Positions 44,247 to 57,947 of a stretch of DNA of 64,000 nucleotides are shown one piece after another. Each line of letters starts with the position of its first letter. Position 1 is the first letter of the stretch. The notes beneath the pieces were generated by a model that saw only the letters and a program-made list of their open reading frames with translations, had not been told where the DNA came from and did no database searches. Source of the DNA: Flaccisagitta enflata (Eukaryota). The DNA lies in assembly GCA_965153355.1 (NCBI GenBank), contig OZ231126.1:44950001-45014000 (forward strand), given 5' to 3'. Made by a program: the position numbers and the translations under genes.

Positions 44247-46218
44247 TATTCCCTTCCTCCTTTTCTTCCATTCCTTTCCTTCATTCCTTTCTCTCCTTTC
44301 CTTTCACTCCTTCCCTGCTTTCCTATCACCCCTCTCCTCCTTTCCTTTCATCCCTCTCCTCCTTTACTTTCACCAATCTCCTCCTTTCCTTTCACACCTC
44401 TCCTCCTTTCCTGTCATTCCTTACCTCCAATTCCTTTTTCACTACCTTTGCCCCTATCGAATTGTTGCCCTGTTCTAATTTCCTCCCTCCCTCCCTCCCT
44501 CCCTGCCCTGCCCTGTCTATCTCTCCAACTTTACCTTCTAATCACAGATTTCTACCCCTTTCTTTCCTTTCCCTTCCTTCTCTGCGCTTTTTCCCCCACG
44601 TTCTCCTTTCCTTTCTGTTGCCCTGTTCCCGCCTCCACCACCGCATTGAAAACGCTTTCGATCCGCGCTCGCGTCAAGAGAGAGAGAGAGAGAAAAAAAA
44701 AAAGGATAGTAGAAGAAAGAAAGGAGGAGGAGAGCCGTAAAAATTTCCTCTTGATTCATATCTTTAGAAAGGGAATTTGAGTGAAATTCAGATTTCTCGG
44801 ATTTTGTTCAAAATTCATCAGGGAGACATGATTTTGGATTTAAGTAGCGGGAAGTGGCTCTCAAACCCACACCGCCCGCCCGCGCTCAGGTCGTCAAGAG
44901 GAGGAAAAAGCGGAAATGGAAGACGAAATGGGGGAGGAGGAAGGAAAAAAAAAGATTTAAAAAAATGAATAAAAGTGGGAAAAAAACGAAAATAGTATGA
45001 AAAGTTTAACCACAGAAGAGGAAAGCGGAAGGCTCGTGTTTGTTAAGTATTCGTGATCGATATAAATAGGTGGTTAAAATCAAAGGCTAGACAGTATGGA
45101 ATGAAAAACAATATGTTCATTCAACCCATAGTCATAAACTTCGCCTTTGATTATCACCGTAGTGTTTGAGATGCCTTAAAAGCAACAGGTTGTCAAAATT
45201 ATTACCGACCAAGAGATACAATGTTTCAGACAGAATCTTGAATATATTCGCCATTACGCTTCAGACTTAAGTGTCGGGAATGTTTGAGATCTTTCTAATA
45301 AACGAACAAATGGAGTTCAGATTCAATGAAAAATTTTAGGAGAAAGAGTATGGTTTTGAGAATTATTGACCGCTCACGAATGAGAAAGATTTTGACATGT
45401 CAATTGCACTTCTGTAAAGTGAAAACAAGGCCGTATTTACGGCTGCCTTAGTCGCGTGCGGGTGGGCAGGGTCAGTGATAAAAGAGGTTAGCCAAATATT
45501 TAGGTAGGAGCAGTAATGCGAAAGAAACGCTAAAAAGCAATGTTACCGACGGACGGACCGACAGTGCGGGTTATAGAGGCCCGTGCATGTGACTAAAAAG
45601 AAACGTTTTAGGAGTGAAGTGTGAGTAAAACAACCCCGTGACTTCCTACAAATCCTAAACGTAAACATTGTTAAAATGCGGCTTCCTTCTCCAATCAAGG
45701 AAATTGAGAGTAATCAAGTGATGCTATAACCAAGAGATGTGAGCATAGGATAACAAAGTTGGATACACGGCCGATAAGTAGACGCTGGCGGGTGGGCAGG
45801 GGCAGAAATGCGGGTGGGCAAAGGAAGTATGATGGCGGGTAGGACTGTAATGTGGCTGGGCAGGGGCTGTAATGCTCAGGATTCAGTACCGACCGAACAC
45901 CGACGTATCGACCTGTCAAATCTAAATACCTGACTTCACTATTTCATTAGCTTAAATGCAGGTCGATCGTGTTATATTAAAACAAAATTAATGATCCTCG
46001 TTTTTCTGAAATTCTTCTCCTCACATGCAAAAGATCCGTTAACATAAGAAGCTCGCAGGCGTTAAATGAAGGCTTTGAGATCCATCCTTTCCTCAATCGA
46101 CGATTGTCAACAAATTGAAACATGGAAATTATTCCTCGTCAAAACACATTTTCCACTCTTTAGCGGCCTCCTCCTCCAATCTCTCTCTCTGTCTCTCTCT
46201 GTCTCTGTCTGTCTGTCG

Positions 46219-46324
<106 letters not shown>

Positions 46325-47353
46325 GTTTCCCCCTTCATCAACTACCTCCCAACTCCCTTCTCCCCCCTCCGCAGGCAGCGGCCAATGTCTAGATTTCTTT
46401 CTCTTTCTCTCTTCCCGTTGCCGTTTTTGTTCTTGTTCTTCTTTTTCATTTGCCAACTTTTCATTGCGGTTCTCATTAATTTTCGAGCGAGTCGCAACTC
46501 ACAATTTAGTCGACATTCAATAAATCATTTGTTTCTCTGTCAAAACCAGTGAAAAAAGCCACCAGCGCAACCCAACGACGGCAAAACGAATCGAAAGCGA
46601 GAGAAATGAGGAAAATCGAAGGAAAGAAATGAAAAAAGACAAAAGATCGCGTGATTTCAAAGGAAATACAATTTATGCCTTGCCGATGAAGTAATCAATT
46701 TTGCCTTCATGTCAAGGCAGAAAGAATTGGCACCTGATATTGATGCTGATGGAAGAAAATCGAGACAAAAAAAAAAAAAAAAAAAAAAAAAGAGTGAAAA
46801 AATTGAGGGAGCAGAAATTTCAATACATTGTGTCTGAGCAATTCCCGTCCATCAATCCGTCCGTCTGTCCGTTTTTTTTTCTTCTTTGGCCTGACCATCC
46901 AGAAGTTTCTCGTAACTGCCCCTGTCCATTGGTGTACAATTGATGTTTTAAATGCGTTTTCAGCCTTTTCCACACTCACATCTCGCAAACCATATTTCAT
47001 GGCGTCTGTGCAACTTTCAGTAGTACCTTTTGAATTTACTGTCATCAAGCAACAGGTGCGTGCATGCTGTGAAGGCTGACTAGTGCAAGTAGGATGCTAT
47101 TGGTTTTAGCAAGAACAGTAAGGATGGAGTTTGTAAGTATTGCCAACAAATGGTATGGGGAAATGAGTAAACAGGAATCAGCAAGTGGTAAACAGTGTGA
47201 TAAGGTGTATGAAAAAGACAAAAAATATTCCGAGAGAGGGGAAGCAAGGCGTAAAACATGAAAAATGAATGAATATTTTCACTCTGAAATAATCTCCACC
47301 AAAATAATATCTTCCTAGTGAGATTCCTTAGAGAAAGTGTAACGACATTTGCA

Positions 47354-47524
47354 TACCAATAAAGGCGGCTAATCGCCGACCGGAAAAAAGTCGTAAATGG
47401 GAGTCTTTTTTTTCAGTGCATGTTTTTTTGTGTGTGCATCTCATTTCTAGTTGATTGCTAGTTTGTTTTTGTCTTTCAATCTCTGTTTCTCTTTGTCTCT
47501 TTTCCCTCTTGGTCTTCCTTCCTC

Positions 47525-47609
<85 letters not shown>

Positions 47610-47652
47610 ATGCGTGTGTGTATGTGTCTCTCTGTCTCACTCTGTCTCTCTT

Positions 47653-47683
<31 letters not shown>

Positions 47684-47783
47684 GTCTCTGTTTCTCTCTA
47701 TCTCTCTCTCTTTCTGTCTCTGTTGTCTGTCTGTCTGTTTGTTTGTTTGTCTCTCTCTGTCTCTGTCACTGTCTCTCTCTCCC

Positions 47784-47858
<75 letters not shown>

Positions 47859-48331
47859 CTGTTCCCTCTTCACTTCTCTCACTTCTCACTTCTTCTCTCT
47901 CTCTCTCTCTTCTTTGATGGATAGCGTTAACTGCTGCCTCCATTGAACAGATGCAGTTCATTTAAGGTAAAAAGTAAAAGCTAGCGTCATAAAAGTCAGG
48001 GTCAATAAGCGTAACATGTTTACTTTTACTTATTGTTACATATATAGCCAAAAATTGGGATTAATGAAAAATCTCAATTTTTGCAAAATGCGAAAAAATA
48101 AAAAAAGATTAAAAAATTCATAACTCCTAAACTAATCATCGTAGAGACTTCTGGTTGGCGCCATTTGAAAGAGAAAAATCAGCTCTTTCTTAGCTGTGAA
48201 TATCAAAAAATGTATCATCCCAGCCCCAAAACTGCACAACTTGCTAAAATTGCCCCAAACCGAAAATGGAAAACTTTATTTCTCCCATACGTTTCAAAAA
48301 GTCGAATTACGTAATTCGACTTTTTTCCAAT
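47354..48331 (+). mobile_element. Unclassified dispersed element with microsatellite core and 3' palindrome
   Basis: Non-repeat parts near-identical to 50213-51203; ends in AAAAAGTCGAATTACGTAATTCGACTTTTT. Confidence 0.8.
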
Positions 48332-48604
48332 TATATTACAAACACAATCACACAGGAAGTTAAAAGAAATTTGCACGTATGATAGATCGAAAGGACTGCT
48401 CTTTTGTTGCAAGGGATTAACTGAATCGCTTGCAGGGGCTCTAGTCTCTGATCGATGACGCTAAAAACAACAAGACAATGAATTCACTTTTCAGGTACAC
48501 GCGATTCTATAAAAGGCTTTCTCCGTCCATTAGTTCGTTGGTTTACCCATCATGGTTGAGGTGAATAGGGCCAAAACGCGTAGGATGCACACACACACGC
48601 ACGT

Positions 48605-48742
<138 letters not shown>

Positions 48743-49664
48743 GCCGCTTTTTCAACGCGCATTTTATCACTTTTTTTGATCTAAGAAAGTTGGACAACAA
48801 AACTACTCCACCCCCACCTCATACGTAGGTATGGATGAGAAACTTTGGACCTCTAAATGTATTATGTAACGATAGACATCTCATGCGCTCAATGGATGGA
48901 CCAACGAACTGATGGATAATGCCTCTTATAGAATCACAAGTATGTGACAAACTAGTGACGCGGGGTCACATTAACGTTGCGGACGGTTGGGCAGGAGCAT
49001 GAAACCCCAATCCACACCCTCGCCCACCTCTCATACACTCACACACACAACACAGCCAATCATAACTGCAGCATCAAAATGCGAACTTGAACTCGATATC
49101 CACGGACCGATTCGATGGACCGATGGACCGACAAACGGTCAACGGACGGACAAAGCCTCTTATATATAGTTGCTTGTCCGAGACTAAAAATGATTAAATT
49201 CAATTCGAAGTTCGGATGACTGTTAAATTGAAAAGTGTTTTTCTGCTGGTGATTTTCGTAAAAATGAGAAATGAAAATGGCTTCCAAAGAAAGTCAAAAT
49301 GAGATTAAGGACTAACTCAGGTAATAAAATCGAAGTAAACAAATGGCGTGGAGAAATAGAGAGCACAAGGAGAAACGAGAAGCGATGCCAAGGAATGATG
49401 CGTGTTGGGAAGATGTGGAGTCTCAGTCAAACGTATTGGAGAATCTGGGAATTATTGAGTTTTTTTTACCTTTTTTGAGAATATGGTTCTTGACTTCTTT
49501 CTTTAGCAATTGTCCATAATAAGTGTGGGAAACGATCATTCATCCAGTTTTTCACATCGTAGGAAAAGATTGTGATAAGAAAGAGAAACTAGAGACCTTA
49601 AGGATGGAGAGAATGTAGAAGTTCAAAATGAAGTAGCAGGACTGGATGAACGGAAATAAGAAAA

Positions 49665-49909
<245 letters not shown>

Positions 49910-50212
49910 CACGGTGATTGTGGTTTCCATTTGCTTCCTCGCCAGGATTGTCGCCAGCGAGTCTCATTTGCTGATTGGATTTTCCGGGATTAAATCTCGT
50001 GGTTTGGAGCCACTGAAGGTTTGTTTTGCAGTTAGTAGCCATTTAATCCACTCTTAGACTTGCTCCTGAGCGCACGCACGCGCACACTTGCACGCTCTTG
50101 CACGTACTCACATAGAGACTCTCTGTTCCAATGTGACGCTAACACGGGAAGTCCACTGGAAAATGACTGGATTTTATCTCACTTGCATAACACATCACAT
50201 CATTGCTGAAGC

Positions 50213-50382
50213 TACCAATAAAGGCGGCTAATCGCCGACCGGAAAAAAGTCGTAAATGGGAGTCTTTTTTTTCAGTGCATGTTTTTTTGTGTGTGCATCT
50301 CATTTCTAGTTGATTGCTAGTTTGTTTTTGTCTTTCAATCTCTGTTTCTCTTGTCTCTTTTCCCTCTTGGTCTTCCTTCCTC

Positions 50383-50462
<80 letters not shown>

Positions 50463-50597
50463 CTGTCTGTGTCTGTCTGTCTCTGTGTCTCTGTCGCTCT
50501 GTTCTCTGTCTCTCTGTTCTCTCTCTCTCTCTCTCTTTCTGTCTGTTGTCTGTCTGTCTGTTTGTTTGTTTGTCTCTCTCTGTCTCTGTCACTGTCT

Positions 50598-50628
<31 letters not shown>

Positions 50629-50709
50629 ACTGTCTCTCTCTCACTCTCACTTCTCTGTCTCTCACTCTCTCTTCACTCTCTCACTCTCTCTGTCTCTCAC
50701 TCTCTCTCA

Positions 50710-50783
<74 letters not shown>

Positions 50784-51203
50784 CTTTGATGGATAGCGTT
50801 AACTGCTGCCTCCATTGAACAGATGCAGTTCATTTAAGGTAAAAAGTAAAAGCTAGCGTCATAAAAGTCAGGGTCAATAAGCGTAACATGTTTACTTTTA
50901 CTTATTGTTACATATATAGCCAAAAATTGGGATTAATGAAAAATCTCAATTTTTGCAAAATGCGAAAAAATAAAAAAAGATTAAAAAATTCATAACTCCT
51001 AAACTAATCATCGTAGAGACTTCTGGTTGGCGCCATTTGAAAGAGAAAAATCAGCTCTTTCTTAGCTGTGAATATCAAAAAATGTATCATCCCAGCCCCA
51101 AAACTGCACAACTTGCTAAAATTGCCCCAAACCGAAAATGGAAAACTTTATTTCTCCCATACGTTTCAAAAAGTCGAATTACGTAATTCGACTTTTTTCC
51201 AAT
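50213..51203 (+). mobile_element. Second full copy of the 47354-48331 element
   Basis: Same 5' 170 bp and 3' 420 bp; differs in the TG/TC core; flanks unrelated. Confidence 0.8.
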
Positions 51204-51381
51204 GATACTTAAAAGTTCCCACTACTTAGCGTGAGTTGCGGATCTTTTTGTGAACCTGCTTATACCAGTAAAGATCGCCGACCAAAAAAAGAATCGTAAG
51301 ATTATTTTTGGTATTTTTCAGTTCTTTCTCTGTCCTCAATACAGTTTTTTTTCTCTCCCTCATTTTGCTTCATGCACTTTT

Positions 51382-51485
<104 letters not shown>

Positions 51486-51674
51486 CTCTCTGTGTTTCTG
51501 TGTGTCTCTGTCTCTGTCCCTGTCCCTCTGTCTTTCTCTCTCTGTCTGTCTCTCTGTGTTTCTGTGTGTCTCTGTCTCTGTCCCTGTCTCTGTCTTTCTC
51601 TGTCTCTGTCTCTGTCTGTCTGTCTGTCTGTCTCTGTCTGTCTCTCTCTCTCTCTCTCCTCTCTGTGTCCTCTG

Positions 51675-51732
<58 letters not shown>

Positions 51733-51781
51733 AGATGGAGCACCAAAGAGTTGTAAAAAGTATTTTTTAGGTCGCATGTTA

Positions 51782-52338
51782 CAGTAGATGTCGTCTAGAC
51801 TTGGAAATACGGGGGAATTCATTACAGGAAGACAAATAAAGTTAAGAGAATGATATTTAGAATATAAACTAATAAAAAGATATTTATTGCCCATATGTTA
51901 GTTGCCATGGAAACACATTTTCATTACACGCTAAATTATCAATGTTTTACTTTTTGGAACATTGCTTAAAATAAATTTGCTACAACTTTCCCACAGTATG
52001 TTCTGTAAGAATATCGCTAGTTTAGCGGTTGCTAAGGAGCATCACAGGGCTGTCACACATAGTTACACTCCCTAGCAACGGCTAAACGAGCAATATTCTT
52101 ACAGAACATATTGTGGGAAAGTTGTAGCAAATTTTATTTCAATCAATGTTCCCTCAAAAAAATTCTCAAAATATTGATACTTTAGCGTGAATACATAAAA
52201 ATGTGTTTCCATAGCAACCAACACCCATGGGCAATAAAGCATCCTTTTATTAGTCTATTTTCCAAATATCAGCCTCTTAAGTAAATTTGTCTTCCTGTAT
52301 TTCCCCCCCGTATTTCCAAGTCTGGATGACATCTACTG
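51782..52338. mobile_element. Palindromic Tc1/mariner-like MITE
   Basis: TIR CAGTAGATGTCGTCTAGACTTGGAAATACGGGGG, TA flanks, self-complementary interior centred near 52055. Confidence 0.9.
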
Positions 52339-52340
52339 TA

Positions 52341-52934
52341 ACCATAAGTGCAATAAAAATGGCCGATTTTTCAACAGCTTTGAGCACAGGTTTTGGGCAA
52401 AAGATTCTTGGGACCATCCTGAAATTCATGTATTGTAGAAAAATATCAAAATTATCTTTCATTTGAGTCCATGCAGCAAATTTTTTTCTCAATTCTTTTA
52501 GAAAATATGACAGATTAAGGGCCAACAACTAAATTGCCATCTCATGAAAAAAGGGCCGAATTTGTCACTCGGATTTTCTGAAATGTTTTAGACGAGTAAA
52601 AATGATAGAAGATCTTTATCGATTTCAAGGAAATTTTAGGGGCTAATTGACCTGTATTTGCCCCAATATCAATTCAATTTTCATCAACATCGGGCAACAT
52701 CTTCTGTGATTTTTTATGGAACTTTGTTAAGATACCATGGGCAGTTTCAAAATTAAGCGGCTTTGCTAATCTTACTCTCATTTGCATGTTCATTGAGTTA
52801 GTGGTCCCACAAAAGTTTCAAATGAAAGATCTTTTGAAGGGCTTTCAAGGTGTCATGAATTTTGCTATGTTCAGATGAACTTTTGATCCTTTACAGACCA
52901 TTCAAAAATCGGCCATTTTTATTGCACTTATGGT
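52341..52934. mobile_element. MITE with 31-bp TIRs and TA flanks
   Basis: ACCATAAGTGCAATAAAAATGGCCGATTTTT and exact reverse complement at 52904-52934. Confidence 0.88.
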
Positions 52935-53767
52935 TACACGACTTTATACCCCACTTTGTCTGTCCGTCGGTTGGTCAGTCAGTTTGTCGGTCATAAAAGT
53001 TAGTCAATGTCTGTTGAACTCATTTTTGTTGTTATACATAGGCCCTAAAACTGAGATCGATGAAAAATATCGATCTTTGGGGAAAATGCGGAAAATGTGA
53101 AAAATAAAAAAAGATTAAAAAATCATTGGCTCGGCTAGCGCCTGAAGTATTAGTCCGACAGTGCCCTGAGCACTTTTTTCCAGAAGGTGTACAAAAGTGC
53201 CCTCTTTCACCCTGAATCAATTTCAACCCCAGCCCCGGGCGAGCCCAGTCGCGCCTCAATTTCCTTATATTGGCTCAAGCGAAAAAGGGAAACATTGATT
53301 CCTAACCCAGAACTAACAAAACCGGATACACGGCTACCCCAGTCGCGTGCGGGTGGGCAGGGGCCGTAATTGTGGTCACCAGATCATTTGGGCAGGAGCA
53401 GTGAAGCCAAAAATCCCAGAAACCCAAAAAAAGTAAAGTGTGACGGACGGACGGACCGACGGACCGACGGACGGACCGACAAAGCGGGGTGTAGAGTCGC
53501 GTAGCACGCGACTTAAAAAATCGAGTCCCAATCATAATGACAAGGCGTTTTGGATTTCTAGCTTCACTCTTTAATGTAAGAATTACGAAATCACACCGAA
53601 AAGGCACTTCATGTTTGACTGCGCGATAAATGACACGAATCAGTAATCTTTCAACTTTAACGACCGAAAGATAAACATTCCTTTCTTCGGAAAAGTTTCA
53701 GACAGGACTTTGCATCTCTGTTCATCACGCCTTCGAAGTCATCCGAAATTCGGTCTGTTTAGATAGT

Positions 53768-53768
53768 G

Positions 53769-53865
<97 letters not shown>

Positions 53866-53895
53866 AAACAAAACAACAACAAACAACAACAACAA

Positions 53896-53942
<47 letters not shown>

Positions 53943-54045
53943 ATAAAAACAATAAATAAATAAATAACAACAAAAATAACAATAACAACAACAACAACAA
54001 TAACAATAACAACAACAATAACAAATAACAACAACAACAATAACA

Positions 54046-54077
<32 letters not shown>

Positions 54078-54128
54078 ACCAACAACGACGACAACAACAA
54101 CGACTCTCTCTCTCTCTCTCTCTCTCTC
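53768..54128. repeat. (AAC)n/(GAC)n/(CT)n compound microsatellite
   Basis: Direct reading. Confidence 0.95.
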
Positions 54129-54291
54129 GAATAGGGGTGGCCGAATTTGCATTACGTTTAGTATTGCTACAGTTGATGATTGATGAATCTATCAAAAATT
54201 CAGGTCTACGTTTACAAGAGTACCTTAATTAAATTTTCATCTATCCTGGCTATTTCTGCGCAATGAATTTATAAACTTATAGTTATAAGTA

Positions 54292-54817
54292 CGGTTGAGT
54301 TTAACGGTAGGTTTGAGTTTAGGGGTAGGGTTGAGTTTAGGGGTAGGGTTGAGTTTATTGGTAGGGTTGTTTAGGGGTAGGGTTGAGTGTAGGGGTAGAG
54401 TTGAGTTTAGGGCAGGCTGAGTTTAGGGGTAGGGCTGAGTTTAGGGGTAGGGGAGTTTAGGGTAGGGGTGAGTTTAGGGTAGGGATGAGGTAGGGGTAGG
54501 TAGAGTGCAGGGGTAGGGTGAGTTAGGGTGTATGTGTATAGTAGGTAGAGGTGAGTAGAGTGTAGGGGTGAGTGTAGGGGTAGGGGTGAGTTTAGGGGTA
54601 GGGGTGAGTTTAGGGGTAGGGTGAGAGGGTAGGGGTGAGTTTAGGGCTAGGGTGAGCTGGTAGGGTGAGTTTAGGGGTAGGTGAGTTTAGGGGTAGGGTG
54701 AGGTAGGGGTAGGTGAGTGAGGGGTAGGGTGAGTTTAGGGGTAGGGTGAGCTTGTAGGGTGAGTTTAGTGAGGTGAGTTAGGGGTAGGGTGAGTTTAGGG
54801 GTAGGATGAGTTTAGGT
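54292..54817 (+). repeat. G-rich minisatellite, about 18-bp unit GGGGTAGGGTTGAGTTTA
   Basis: Roughly 30 degenerate tandem units read directly. Confidence 0.9.
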
Positions 54818-54828
54818 TGTGTCAAATA

Positions 54829-55428
54829 CAAAAGTCGCAAAAGCGTTAGATGGTCAGCGGTACCCGTGCCCTGCCCTCGTAGGTTGTGCTTCAAGTTGAT
54901 GGGGAAGCAGGGCAGCGGCCCGGAAGGGGTCGATGACCTATGCTTTCACATATATGAGGAATTTTCTCCTTCTCCTTCTCCTCCTCCGTCCGCCCCGCCC
55001 TCCAGTTTCAACTTCTTGTCCCGAGACCCAAATCCCAGTCCCGTGGCCCAAATCCTATCCAAAAGGCCCAAATCCTGGACTCAAGGCCCAAATCCTATCC
55101 TGGAGGCCCAAATCCCAGCCTTGAGGCTGGGAGATGAACCTTGAGGCTTAGATTTAGGCCTCACGTCTGGGGTTTGAGCCTAAAGGATGAGATTTGGGTC
55201 TCAAGGCTGGGATTTGGGCCTCCAGACTAGAATTTGGGCTTTAAGGCTAGGATTTGAGCCTTTCGGATAGGATTTGGGCCACAGGACTGAGATTTGGGTC
55301 TCGGGACAAGAATTTGGGTCTCGAAACTGGAGGGCGGGTACAGACGTAGGAGGAGAAGGAGAAGGAGAAAATTCCCCACATGTGTGAAAGCATAGGTCAT
55401 CGACTCCTTTGGGGCAGCTGCCCAAAAA
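54829..55428 (-). mobile_element. HINE-like GGGCAGCGGC element, full length, with inverted arms
   Basis: GGGCAGCGGCCC...GATGACCTATGCTTTCACA (54910-54950) mirrored at 55382-55423; family 3' end at 54850-54875; related to 25310-25805. Confidence 0.7.
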
Positions 55429-55982
55429 CTAACCATAAAATAAGTGAGGTCCTCTTGTAAACCTTTGCCAAAATTCATAGTATGTTGAACACATGTTGTA
55501 GCCAAAGTTTTAGGCCGATTTTGATCATGACCGAGTCAGACCGACAATCCCCCTTAATCTTAAATAGAATATGCCTCAAGTTTAACACAAGCTTAACTAG
55601 TTTTTTTTCATCATTTCGAGTACAGGCCTTCCTAATACTGAAAATGGGGTGGACTGGTAAGGTCAAAGAGGTTTTAAAGGTTGTCCCCTTTAGGCTTTAG
55701 GCCGCAGTAGAAAAAAGAACTGGTCGCGGGCACCGCAGCCTATCTACTTCTCAAAGACGTACAGAGGCCGCACTACGGTATCGAACTCCCGAGGAGGACG
55801 TGACGTTTGTTGAGTCGGTTGAAGGTTTTTTTATTCATCCAGGCTCTGCGATTGGTTGAAACCTTTTTTGAACGAAAAGAAAAAGAAAAAAAGAATGCGT
55901 CGATCACCAGGCATCCTCGTGATCACATAACACTCCTGATGACTCTCTGAATGAATGCAACAGTGGACTTTTTTGTCGCCTT

Positions 55983-56712
55983 TTTTCTCAATCTCCCGTC
56001 ACAAGATCGACGGATGTGCAAGAATATTTAACCGTAATCGCATTTTTCCTTCGTTGAACCGCGTGTAAACTGCCAATACAATCAGGTATGCTTGGAGATG
56101 GAGTTACTACTTGTATTACGCAATAGCGCATCTCAGCAGATTTCTATATCCTTTGTTCAATGCAACAATGGCCTTCATGTTTCCTTTTTAAGTGCGACGA
56201 AGCACCTCTATAACTGGCTGTGTCCATTGGTCGGTTGGTCGGTTGGTCGATCGGGTAACGCATTCGTTCGACGATCCACACGTCGGACCTTATTAGCCTA
56301 CTTAGCCTTGTTTGTCTTAATCTCCAGTCACAAGATCAACGGATGTGTAGGATTGTGTCACCGTAATCACCTTTACCTACGTTGAACCGCGTGCAAACTG
56401 CCAATACGACCACAATCAGGTATACTTGGAGATGGTGTTACCACATGCATTGCGCAATAGTGCTTCTCATCAGATTTCTATATTTACAGGGTAATGATTT
56501 GTTTAATACAACCGTGTACCTTTTTTCTTCCGTTTTTCTCAATCTCCAGCCCCAAGGTCGTCGGATATAAAGGAATGTTAAACCGTAATCACATCTTTTC
56601 TTAGTCAAACTGCGTGTAAACTGCCAATACGACCACAATCAGGTATGCTTAGAGATTGAGTTACCACTTGTATTGTATTGCACAACAGTGCGTCTCATCA
56701 GATTTCCATATC
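55983..56712 (+). repeat. Three imperfect direct repeats of about 170-180 bp
   Basis: Units at about 55983-56150, 56313-56482 and 56534-56712 share AATCTCC...CCGTAATC...AAACTGCCAATAC...AATCAGGTAT...CAGATTTC. Confidence 0.85.
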
Positions 56713-56999
56713 ATAGAGTAATCGGGAAAAATGTCGAAGTTAGTCTTCGACTTTTTGATATATTTGAGAGAAACAGGGTTTTCATTTTCTTATTCGAAAA
56801 TCTGAGAACTCATTCGACCTAATGAGCCCTCCAATGAAATTGATAGGGTAAGTGAATTTAATAATTCTCTTTCATTTGGCGCCAGGCAGAATGCTCTACA
56901 ACAAATATTTTTCGTGTTACAATTTTTTAAAGATTTATTTACAAAAAAATTCAGATAGAATTTTTTTCAATTTTTTTATGATTTTAAGAAGGATCAACA

Positions 57000-57405
57000 A
57001 AGAAGTGTATTTATGTTTGTTTGAGCATGCAAATATGAGAAGACATGTTTATGAGCATAGCTGCTTATCTGTGAGGGTGTTTTTGAGGATTCTACCTCAT
57101 TTAGCTCAGTTTTTTTTTAATTTTAAATGTGATAAAGGAAAAAAATATTTTGATTCATGTTTAAGCCAAAAGATACAAAAAAGCATATCAGTGAGCATAA
57201 CTGCTCATCTGTGAGGGTGTTTTTAAGCATTCATGCTCACTTAGCTCATTCAGCTCAGTCTTTTTTCTGATATCTAATGGGATAAATAAATGTTTTGATG
57301 TGAGCATGTAAATATAAAAAAATATATCAGTGAGCATAGCAGGTTTTCTGGTGGAGTGATTTTGAATATTTTAGCTCATCTAGCTCATTTGGCTCATTCC
57401 CATTT
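57000..57405 (+). repeat. Three imperfect tandem repeats of about 140 bp
   Basis: TGAGCATAGCTGCTTATCTGTGAGGGTGTTTTT...CTCATTTAGCTCA recurs at about 57052, 57193 and 57332. Confidence 0.75.
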
Positions 57406-57947
57406 TCTCTGATTTTCAGTGCAATCTATACATACAATTGCTCTTGATTTGATCTAATGGAAAAAAAGATTTACAGTGACTAAAAATAAAAGCTTGGTGA
57501 AAATTGACCAATGCTTACGACTTTTTTCCTCACGGCGATAGCCGCCATTACTGTTCACGGTAAAAGTTGAGTCGTTAAGCTTGAGGCATAATGAATGAAG
57601 AAGAAGATTTAAGTACATATCGAAAATTTTCGGATGCCAATTTTCACCATATTTGCGTTCATATACATTCCAATAGGGTAATGACTTTAATGTTTATATT
57701 CACGCAGTGAGTGTAAAACAGGATATGCAAACGTACAATTAGTAAAAGAATTACCGACCTGGTATAACCGAATAACGATATTCCGCCTATTCTGCCTACA
57801 ATACAAAAAGTTATCATAATGAAAATTGAATGAAGGAATCTAATAAACGATCTTTATCGATGCTTCAGGGTCAAAACGAGACAAACCGGTAAAGATGTGG
57901 TGATATTCTACCGGCCTAACACTGCGTGAATAATCGTGACTCCTACC

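Noticed and set aside
54292-54817. Telomeric array
   Set aside because: The unit is about 18 bp and interstitial, not a tandem TTAGG/TTAGGG array.
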